This document shows positions 1 to 8,600 of a stretch of 18,328 bases of DNA, piece after piece (the first letter of the stretch is position 1; every line of letters starts with the position of its first letter). The notes below the pieces were generated by a model. The model saw only the letters and a program-made list of their open reading frames with translations, made no database searches and was not told the DNA's origin. The stretch comes from Caldisphaera sp. (GTDB taxonomy: Archaea; Thermoproteota; Thermoprotei_A; Sulfolobales; Acidilobaceae), in the NCBI GenBank assembly GCA_049971805.1, contig JBMFKU010000022.1, forward strand, positions 1 through 18,328, read 5' to 3'. The position numbers and the translations under genes are program-made.

Positions 1-97
1 CCCACCTACTGTTAAGCTTGGCAGGTGGTTGAGGGCTAAGTCTCTACACTTGATCATGAGTAAAAAATGATTGAAATGAAAGTATAGGGACAAATGG
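1..97 (+). mobile_element. tnpB: 3' end/right end of an IS607-type (Sulfolobales-like) element: frameshifted tnpB C-terminus and probable omegaRNA scaffold
   Basis: Frame 2 reads PPTVKLGRWLRAKSLHLIMSKK*. A shifted frame gives KMIEMKV*, followed by GGACAAATGG. From memory this matches the C-terminus and end of Sulfolobales IS607-family TnpB genes. Two hairpins: CCACCT(2-7)/AGGTGG(23-28) and GTCTCTACACTT(40-51)/AAGTATAGGGAC(80-91). GC is higher than in the flank. Confidence 0.6.
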
Positions 98-407
98 TTA
101 ACGAATTTGGCCTATTCATTGGAAGTACTGCTGTTTTTACAAAGGCTAAGTTACCAATAAAGTGAAGGTTGTTGATGCTATATATTTTAAAATTAATGAT
201 ATAAAAACACCCAATAAGAATAATAGATATTTGATTGAGATTAATGAAACCATGGGTCAAGATAAATTATCAAGGGCATTGAAGCAATTACGCGACACTC
301 TAAATAAACTTGATATGAGAGGTAAAGTGGTTTCTGCTTTCTTTTACTCCAAAGCATTGGTTTACTTGGAAAGTTCTAATATATTTTCAGAGGAAATAAT
401 GTTATGA
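98..407 (+). pseudogene. Probable truncated and frameshifted PD-(D/E)XK-like nuclease remnant
   Basis: NEFGLFIGSTAVFTKAKLP joins, with a 1-nt shift at ~155, to NKVKVVDAIYF...YLIEINE...SRALKQLRDTL (ORF 162-407). The D...IE(I)x...A.xQL pattern resembles PD-(D/E)XK motifs, with Asn in place of the catalytic Lys. Confidence 0.35.
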
Positions 408-658
408 AGGAATATAATTTGAAAATTAAAATTTTAACTTTACGAGACTTTATAGATAATAATCAATTTAAGGATTTTAGTAAAAACAGCTAAATACTAG
501 GAATAATTTAAAATTAAAGGATTACTAGTTAAAGTTATAAAAAGTATTTTACATAACATTATTTAATAATGAATAGTTATAGCACAATATAGAGGTTGGA
601 TCATTTTAATTAAAGTAATTTTTTAAAAGATTTAAACTTTTTAATAGACACACTTAAT

Positions 659-973
659 CGTGAAGTAGTATTAATAAAAGCCTTAGTTAAAATAGTAATA
701 ATATTGGCAATAATAGCAATAATAGGGATTTCATATTGTAGCTTAATAGACAAGATCCCAATAAAAAATTAATGTAACAGGAGAAGTATATTTATGCAAT
801 ATCCCTCTTTGGATAACATTTTATCACAATAAAAGCATGTATATGGCTAAAGTTGAAATCCCATTTTACATATAACATTGCTAAACAATGAATATTATAA
901 CATATACTTGCAATGCAAATCTCAAACTCTTTGGCTATTTAATAATCCTATTTGCATAAAGTTAGAAAGTTAA
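659..973 (+). pseudogene. Frameshifted relic of a small N-terminally anchored/secreted protein
   Basis: Three abutting reading segments: LIKALVKIVIILAIIAIIGISYCSLIDKIPIK (TM-like, stop 770-772), INVTGEVYLCNIPLWITFYHNKSMYMAKVEIPFY (stop 873-875) and ITLLNNEYYNIYLQCKSQTLWLFNNPICIKLES* (stop 971-973). The first shift lies in the A6 run at 763-768. Confidence 0.4.
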
Positions 974-1109
974 AAAATATTTTCTAAACTTAACAGTAAA
1001 AACGATATATAAGTTTTAAAACCATATTCCCTTATATCTTGATTGATAATCGCTATTTAATAGAATACATCAACAAAGAAAAAAAGAGTTTCTTATAGAG
1101 AATCACTGA

Positions 1110-1140
1110 GTTTCTTAATACTTTTTGTGCATTAAGAAAC
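1110..1140. promoter_or_regulatory. Perfect 10-bp inverted repeat upstream of the acyl-CoA synthetase operon (candidate operator)
   Basis: GTTTCTTAAT-N11-ATTAAGAAAC. The half-site GAGTTTCTTA also occurs as a direct repeat at 1086-1095 and 1108-1117. Confidence 0.3.
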
Positions 1141-1313
1141 AAGCCTGCAAGGTCTTTTTTATTGCATTCATAGTTGTGTGTAAGGCAAATCAACTAAAAT
1201 TATTATTATCTTTATCATAAATATGATATGAGCAATCTTTTTCATTATCTTTTATTATTCTTTGCAAAACTATAAATATTAGAAATTTCATAATTGCAAA
1301 AGAGGTGTAATGT

Positions 1314-3104
1314 TTGGAAGAAGAATATTTTGAGATTTTAAAATCTAAGTGGAATAAAGTTTGGCCCCACCCATCATTGCCCAAAGAAGTCTTATATCCT
1401 CTAGGAAAAATTCCAATTCACGAATATTTAGAGAGTTTTGCTATGAGGCAGCCATCAAAAGCTTTTTTAATATATTATGGAAAAAGAATAACATATAAAG
1501 AAATAGATGAATTAAGCAATAAACTAGCAAATTATCTTATTGCAAATGGTTTCAGAAAAGGCGATAAAGTAGCTCTAGTTCTTCCAAATATTCCATCATT
1601 TTATATTGGATATTTTGGTACATTTAAGGCAGGCGGTATTTCTGTACTATTAAATCCAATGCTTAAAGAGATAGAATTAGAATATCTATTGCAAGAATCT
1701 AAACCAAAATTTATAATAACTTTAGATGTAAATTATCTAACAATAGAAAAAGCAGCGAAAAAAGTTTCAGAAGATATTAAAATTATAGTAACGTCTTATA
1801 AAGATTTTCTGCCAGAAATTCAAGAAATACCAATTCATCCTTCGATGAAAGTATATGTTCAAAAGCCAGAAAATGCCCAGTATATCACTGATTTACTAGA
1901 GAAAATATCCTCAAAAAAGCCTGATGTGAAAGTTACAATTGATGACAGAGCAACAATGAACTTTACAGGTGGTACAACAGGCTTACCAAAAGGAGTGTAT
2001 CACAAGCATCTAGACCTTATATATAAAGGTGCCTGCACTTATACTTACTATAACTCACAACTTTTAGTAGAAAATTATCCAAACCAAGAAATCGACTTCG
2101 AAAAGTTTGTATCTAATATTGCACAAAACGAAGTCGTATTAGCAGCTATGCCAATATTCTGGGTCGCAGGTCATAATACAGGTGTTTTGGGTCCAACAGT
2201 CTCTGGTTCTACTGTAGTTTTGCTTACAAGATGGGATGTAGGTGCAGCAATAGAAGCTATTCATAAATACAGGGTTACATTGATGTATGCTACTTTTGAT
2301 ATTTATTGGGAAATTTTAAATTATCCCGAAGTTAGAAAATATGATCTATCATCTTTAAAGACATGTTTAGGTTCTAGTTTTATCAAGGGTCTAACTAAGG
2401 AACTTAGAGGAAAATGGAAAGAGCTTACAGGAGCTATTCTTAGAGAAGCTGCATATGGATTGACTGAAAGCCACACTTCTGACACGTTGACTGCAGGCTT
2501 CCACAAAAACGATATGGATATAGAGAGATCAGAAAAGTTTGGGGGAACCTTCTGCGGGATCCCTTGTCCAGGTACTTTAATAAAAATTGTAGACGAAGAT
2601 GGCAATTTGGTTTCGCTAGGCAAACAAGGAGAAGTAGCCATAAAGTCGCCATCAGTTGTTAGCGAATATGTGGGAAATCCTGAAGAAACAAAAAAGGTGT
2701 TCAAGAATGGTTGGCTTTTTACAGGCGACATTGGGATGTATGATGAAGATGGCTTCTTCTATTATATTTCTCGGAAGAAGTATATGTTAAAGGTTTCTGG
2801 AATTAGCGTATATCCAACACAAATAGAGTTCATTATGCTTAAACATCCTGCAATAGAAGGTGTTGGTGTAATTGGTGTAAGTGACCCAGAAAAGGGGCAA
2901 GTACCTATAGCTTTTGTTAAGCTGAAAAAAGAATACGAGGAAAGTGTGACGGAAGATGATCTATTAAAGTGGTGCAAAGAGAATATGGCTCCTTATAATG
3001 TTCCAAAAAAGATAATAATAAAAAAAGAGCTTCCTCTTTCAGCTGCAGGCAAGGTAGTTAAAGAAGAACTAATCAAAGAATATGACAGGTTGGGTGTTAA
3101 GTAG
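1314..3104 (+). CDS. AMP-dependent acyl-CoA synthetase (long-chain fatty-acid--CoA ligase family)
   Basis: 596 aa with P-loop FTGGTTGLPKG, AYGLTE, GWLFTGD, RKKYMLKVSG..VYP, and C-terminal LPLSAAGKV. TTG start preceded by RBS GAGGTG. Confidence 0.95.
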   Translation: MEEEYFEILKSKWNKVWPHPSLPKEVLYPLGKIPIHEYLESFAMRQPSKAFLIYYGKRITYKEIDELSNKLANYLIANGFRKGDKVALVLPNIPSFYIGYFGTFKAGGISVLLNPMLKEIELEYLLQESKPKFIITLDVNYLTIEKAAKKVSEDIKIIVTSYKDFLPEIQEIPIHPSMKVYVQKPENAQYITDLLEKISSKKPDVKVTIDDRATMNFTGGTTGLPKGVYHKHLDLIYKGACTYTYYNSQLLVENYPNQEIDFEKFVSNIAQNEVVLAAMPIFWVAGHNTGVLGPTVSGSTVVLLTRWDVGAAIEAIHKYRVTLMYATFDIYWEILNYPEVRKYDLSSLKTCLGSSFIKGLTKELRGKWKELTGAILREAAYGLTESHTSDTLTAGFHKNDMDIERSEKFGGTFCGIPCPGTLIKIVDEDGNLVSLGKQGEVAIKSPSVVSEYVGNPEETKKVFKNGWLFTGDIGMYDEDGFFYYISRKKYMLKVSGISVYPTQIEFIMLKHPAIEGVGVIGVSDPEKGQVPIAFVKLKKEYEESVTEDDLLKWCKENMAPYNVPKKIIIKKELPLSAAGKVVKEELIKEYDRLGVK

Positions 3105-3140
3105 CATATGTCAAATTATGTAAAGAGGTTGTGATTAAAC

Positions 3141-3947
3141 ATGGACGATCCGATAAAAGTAGAAAAAGATCAGAATATTGCCAAAATTTATTTAAATAGG
3201 CCGCAAGTTATGAATGCAATAAATGTCGAAATGAGGATAAGGCTAGAAGAAGAATTGAAAAAGCTTGCTATGGATAACAGTGTACGCGTGCTTATAATAA
3301 CTGGTGCTGTAACTCAAGAAAAGAGAAAAGCTTTTTCTTCTGGCGATGACCTAAGAGATCCTGGATTTAGTTATGAAAGTCCAAACGTTTTACTCGAGTC
3401 TTATAACACGGTAAACAAAATGAGAAATTTGTACGATCTTATTGATGATTATCCAAAACCAATCATTGCGATGGTTAATGGAGTATGTCTTGGAGGCGGA
3501 CTTGAATTAGCTCTTAGTAGTGATTTCATATTTGCAAGTGATAATGCAGTTTTTGGATTTCCAGAAATTAACCTTGGATTTATTCCAGCATGGGGTGGGA
3601 CGCAAAGATTAATGCGAAAAATTGGAGAAACAAACGCCAAAAGGCTTATTTTCACAGGTGAGACTATTGATGCCAAAAAGGCCAAAGAAATCAATCTAGT
3701 TGATGTATTAACTTCAGATGAAGAGCTAGAAAAAATAACGCTTGATTTTGCAAAAAAAATTGCAGAAAAGAGCCCATTGACGCTCTTAATGGCTAAGCGT
3801 ATCATAGAAAAAGGTACTGAGTGCAGCTTACAGTCTGGTTTGTTATATGAAGTTCTATCTCTTATGCTATCCATAAAAACGGAAGATATGAAAGAGGGGA
3901 TTAACGCCTTTTTCGAAAAAAGAAAGCCTGAATTTAAGGGAAAATGA
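3141..3947 (+). CDS. Enoyl-CoA hydratase/isomerase (crotonase family)
   Basis: 268 aa with LNRP..MNA, AFSSGDDL, CLGGGLELAL and FGFPEINLG..PAWGGTQRL (both catalytic Glu present), ending EKRKPEFKGK. Lies 36 bp after the synthetase. Confidence 0.95.
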   Translation: MDDPIKVEKDQNIAKIYLNRPQVMNAINVEMRIRLEEELKKLAMDNSVRVLIITGAVTQEKRKAFSSGDDLRDPGFSYESPNVLLESYNTVNKMRNLYDLIDDYPKPIIAMVNGVCLGGGLELALSSDFIFASDNAVFGFPEINLGFIPAWGGTQRLMRKIGETNAKRLIFTGETIDAKKAKEINLVDVLTSDEELEKITLDFAKKIAEKSPLTLLMAKRIIEKGTECSLQSGLLYEVLSLMLSIKTEDMKEGINAFFEKRKPEFKGK

Positions 3948-4316
3948 TTAGAGGTTTGAGAATTACATTCAGATGATTAAAAATAACTTCATAGCTACAA
4001 ATAAAACCTTCGTTTTTTAATCAGATGTATGGAAGATGATATACAATAAAATATAATGAAGGAAGAAGCTATAAATCAGACTATTTGCCTTGATTTCAGT
4101 TGAAATAGATAAATTTTCCCTGTTACTATGGTGATATCTTTAAACGCTATTGGCACAAAACAGCTCGAACCAATAATCGATTCGCTTTGCGTGGATGCGA
4201 CAAATCTACCTTAATAAGGAATATCTTTTAATAGTGCAATTTATAGCCGAAATTAGAGCCATATCATAAATAGCGACAATTAGAGCTAAAGTTTTTAAAA
4301 ATATTCTGAAGGCAAG

Positions 4317-4787
4317 TTATATCTTTGGGTTTAAATCTTTAATCATTAATAATCCATCTGTTTTGCCATAATAATTTGGTAACAAAGTTGCCGGCTTATA
4401 ACCTAATCTTAAATAAAGTTTTTTAGCATCTTCATTATTTAAAGAAACTTCAAGTTTTAAAAATTTTGCTCCTTCTTTTTCCAACTCTTTTTCAAGGTAT
4501 ATTATAAGCATTGTTCCAATTCCTTTATTTCTAAAATCTTGCTTTACAGCTATCGATGCTACGTGACCAATTGTTGGAGATTCCATATAGCCTAAAGAAT
4601 ATCCAATCAAACAGTTATTAATTTCTGCAACAAATAATTTGCTTCCTTTCATTGATAATAAATATCCAATTATTAATTCGCTGTATCTTTTCCCTTCTGG
4701 AAAGCTTTCTTCTTCTATCTTTAATATAGATTTCATATCATTATCTTTATATGGCCTTATCCTGACAAAACAAATGACAAGCCTCAA
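4317..4787 (-). CDS. rimI: GNAT N-acetyltransferase, RimI/Ard1 family
   Basis: GHVASIAV..FRNKGIG (acetyl-CoA motif A), LEV...N..A..LY..LGY, NYY...DG..M. The start (TTG 4787) is uncertain; see findings. Confidence 0.88.
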   Translation of the reverse strand: MRLVICFVRIRPYKDNDMKSILKIEEESFPEGKRYSELIIGYLLSMKGSKLFVAEINNCLIGYSLGYMESPTIGHVASIAVKQDFRNKGIGTMLIIYLEKELEKEGAKFLKLEVSLNNEDAKKLYLRLGYKPATLLPNYYGKTDGLLMIKDLNPKI

Positions 4788-4817
4788 CCCTTCTAGGGTC
4801 GGGTAATGCTTTTAAGG
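4763..4817 (+). mobile_element. IS200/IS605-family left-end relic with subterminal hairpin
   Basis: TGAC|AAAACAAATGACAAGCCTCAACCCTTCTAGGGTCGGGTAATGCTTTTAAG, with a hairpin at 4783-4803. Resembles the recalled crenarchaeal IS605 left-end pattern TGAC-AAAA..ATGACAAGCCTCGCCCTTTAGGGCGGGGT. Confidence 0.6.
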
Positions 4818-5031
4818 TTTGTTCTAAAAATAATTAGATAAGCAATAGTCATCAAGGGTATTCTTCACTATTTTATGTTAACTATATGCAATTATTTATG
4901 TTTTGATAATTAGTTTAAAATCAACCGCAATCTAAGTGAACATAGATTATCCCATAATTTATAACAAAAAAATTAAAATTTCTATGGCTTGACTAAAAAT
5001 AATTTTAATTTAAACATTGAACAATAAAATA

Positions 5032-5404
5032 TTTGCCATTCTTGTTGAGGTCTCAGAAACCTATACCTCGTCAATTAATCAATTCAATAGCGAGAGACTG
5101 AATAAGGGTAAGCAGGTTATTGAAAGGATCGTCAAGGCTTTTAACCCCTACCTGATGACGGGCTCTGCTCACAAGGGTGGGGTATTAAGGTTGTAAAAGT
5201 AACTAATAGATATTTGGAAAGTGAACATATTACGTTGGAGAGGGATTCAATATCTCCTCTTAACCTTGTAAAAAGGGTAGATATGAGGGTAGTGGTATTT
5301 CCCTCGACTAGCCCCAATGATTTTAGTATGAGCCTTTATGATCCCTTAAGACAAGGGCTGAATTAGAAGTGGTTAAAAGTAAGGAAAAGTTACGCTATGG
5401 GTAA
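5032..5404 (+). pseudogene. tnpB: Frameshifted C-terminal part of an IS607-type tnpB
   Basis: FAILVEVSETYTSS...LMTGSAHKGG, shift ~5180, then GIKVVKVTNRYLESEHITLERDSISPLNLVKRVDMRVVVFPSTSPND...YDPLR, shift ~5356, then AELEVVKSKEKLRYG*. V.E.YTS and (D/E)RD..LNL are TnpB motifs, the latter being RuvC-III. Confidence 0.75.
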
Positions 5405-5628
5405 ACATTTTTTATAATTATTCTAATTAAGGTCTGTTAAATTTAGGAAGTAAGTTCTGCTTTTTATTTTATATTATCAGTTTACTATATTTATGACTAA
5501 ATCAAATTTTTAAAATTTTTATTTAATAACATATGTTTATTAAGTAAATATACAAAATATATGCATATATAAAATAACCAAACTTGTATTAAGTTACGTA
5601 TTTACCAAAACATAAGAGTTGAATTAAA

Positions 5629-8600
5629 ATGCGAAGAAAAATTAATGGATCGTATAAGCAATTTGTAATTATTGCCTCGCTATTTTCATTATTTTTTATT
5701 TTTATTCTAACATCGTCTCCACAAATAGTTAAATCTCAAGCTTCTCAAACAATATATGTACCTCAACAATATTCAAGCCTTCAGGATGCCATAAATGTTG
5801 CTACACCGGGAACAACAATTTATGTGTCTCAAGGATACCTTTATAATGGATCTATATTGATTCAAAATAAGCAGGATTTAACAATTATTGGGCAAGGAAA
5901 CGTTGTTTTAAACTATGGTGGATATGGAAATACAACAATAATAGATTCTTCTTACATTACAATTGAAAATATAAATATAAGCGCAGGCTTAAATATAAAC
6001 AGCTCTAATCAAGTAAATTTAAAAAATGTTAATGTATCAGGTGTAATCTCATCTCCAGGTCAAACTTTAGGTGATGATTTGTTAGCATATAACGTTAATT
6101 CTTTATATATGCAAAATGTTATCACGTATTGGTTTATGCCTGGTATGACATATCAAACCTATCAAGGTATAAATGTAACAGATTCTTCAAATTTAACTTT
6201 AAATAATGTTATGGGTTATGCTTTAAGCGGTTATGGAGTTTATATACAAAACAACAATGGTTTATCTATGAAAAACGATTATTTCATTTCTACACAAAAT
6301 GGAGGAATAGGTATAGGAATTATAAATTCTACAAATGCAATTTTAAATAATGTAAACTCAAACTCAAGCGAAGAATTATATGCTTTAAACGTTAGTTCTC
6401 TTACCATTAACAAAATGGATTACTCTTCAAATTATCAAACTGGTTATGCAAACATCACAAATGTAAATCAATTAGCTATTAACAATGCCAATTTTAATGG
6501 ATTAAGCATTTCACAATTTTTCAAAACAACTCTTAACAATGTATTAGATTTGGGAAGCCTTAGCATTAATGGAGTGGGAAGCCTTACATCTGCTACTCTT
6601 AATAATATTTCAGTATACCAATACGTAGATATTAGCAATTTATCAAGCGTTTCTTTAAATAACATAAAAGTATATAATACTAATTTCCAAACAAGTACTA
6701 CATACGGTTTATATTTGACGAACTTCCAAAATTCGCAAATAACTGATTCAAACATATGGGGAGGAATGAATATAACAAATGGAAATTATTTAAACATAAC
6801 AGGCTCACTAATACCTTCCAATAACACTTACGAATATTATAGTGATTATGTTTTATTTAATAATATCAATACTATAGCATTAAGCAATGCTAGCCTAGGA
6901 GGCGATGGCGTTTTAGTCTCAAATGGAAATTCTTTAAGCTTAAATAATTTAAAAGGATTTTATTTGAATGGTTTTTCGATAAATAATTATAATTCTGTTA
7001 AATTTAATATAGCAAATGTTTCCACATCTTCATTTTCAATAAGCAACTTTACAAGTTTTTATGCAATTAATTCGTATTTAAATAGCGAGCATGGAATGAA
7101 TATAACTGGAAAAACAGGTTCGTCAATATTATTAAAGAACTTTAATTTAGAAGCAGATTATGCACTACCATACACTGACGGAATTACCATATATAACGTT
7201 TATAACTTTACAGCAGTAAACTCTGTATTCTCATCTCACGATGGAATGGGCGGAGTAGGAATCTATACCGATGGAATACCTTACATATACTTAAATAATG
7301 TTAAATCTGTTGGCTGGTTTGGCCATTATGGTGGAATAGGAATTTGGTTGGTAAATCCAATAGATGCCATAATTGAAAACACTAATGTTACAGGTATAGA
7401 TACTCAGACATCATTTAGCTATGCAATGTTAGGACAAACTGGTATAATGATTACAGGTTCTTCTAAGTTAATTTTAACCAATTTAATTGTTAGCTCTTTT
7501 AATGATGCAGTTAATATAACTGGGAATTCAAATGGAGTTACTTTATCTAAGGTATCGACAAAATCATTTAACGTAGGTATATTTGTTGGTAATGCAAATA
7601 CTTTGTCCCTTAATAATATAAACGTTTATGTTTCATCAGAATCGCCATCTTATGGAATCTATTTAAATAACATTAATCAAGTAAACGTAAGCCAAGTTAA
7701 TTTAATCGGAAAGTCAAATCAAATAGAATACACGAATTTTGAAATAAATAATGGAAAAAGCTTAACGATAAGCTATTTAAACAGCAATACATCAGGCACA
7801 GGTCCTTATATCGGTTTAAATGTTTTCAATTATTCTACTCTGGCTTTATCAAATTCAAACGTTTACGACGGCATATATTTAACAGATGTGCCATATATAA
7901 CAATGAATAACATAAGTGCTGGTCTCTCAACTTATTATGGAATAGCAATATATGCACTTTCAGTATTAAATGGTAAATTTAATTATGTAAATGTTTTGAG
8001 AAATGCTATGATATCTAGCACTGGAATGGAATTAACTGGTATAAATGGTAAGTCTGTTTTTTCATTAAATCAGATAAACTCACAAAGTGACATATCTATT
8101 GATAAATCATACAATGTTTCTGTAGTTAACACAAAAACTGATGGACTTTTCATTTCTAATTCATTTGTTTCAAATGTTTATTTGGCTGACTCAAGTGGAG
8201 GTATATCTTTTAATGCCGTTAATCTGGTATACTTAACACAATCATCTTCTGATGGTATTTCTGTATCATATGCCAAAAACGCTTCTCTAAATAATTTAAA
8301 TTCTATTGCAACAAATCAAAATGATAATTCCAACGGTATTTCATTTTATAACATTACATATGCTAACTTAAACAATGCTAATTCGTTGGGATGGAATGAA
8401 TCATCAGGTGTTTATGCATCATACGTTGCCTTCTTGAATTTGAACAACGTTGTATCAAGTGGAGGAACTGGTATTGATGTAAGCTATACAAATATCATTA
8501 ACATTAAAAATGATAATGTAAAATACGGAGGAATTGATATACTAGGATATCCATCATCTACAGTAACAATTGAAAGCATCTACACAAATGGAGGAATAAG

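Noticed and set aside
408-660. Very AT-rich tract as a replication origin
   Set aside because: No ORB motifs or cdc6/whiP gene nearby, and similar AT tracts occur in other intergenic gaps.
54-1384. Minus-strand ORFs 54-260 and 1190-1384
   Set aside because: They overlap the IS end/pseudogene or the synthetase start and promoter, and give no recognisable protein.
2321-3874. Antisense ORFs 2321-2731, 2440-2652, 2762-2977 and 3449-3874
   Set aside because: Shadows of well-supported plus-strand genes, with no motifs.
3950-4315. Possible decayed gene after the crotonase (GC-richer patch 4150-4210; AATTAGAGC repeated 27 nt apart)
   Set aside because: No frame gave a recognisable protein; BLASTX would be needed.
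5111-5170. Hammerhead ribozyme or C/D box RNA suggested by CTGATGA at 5152
   Set aside because: Hammerhead stems II/III cannot be formed and there is no suitably placed D box. The sequence is explained as tnpB coding (LMT).
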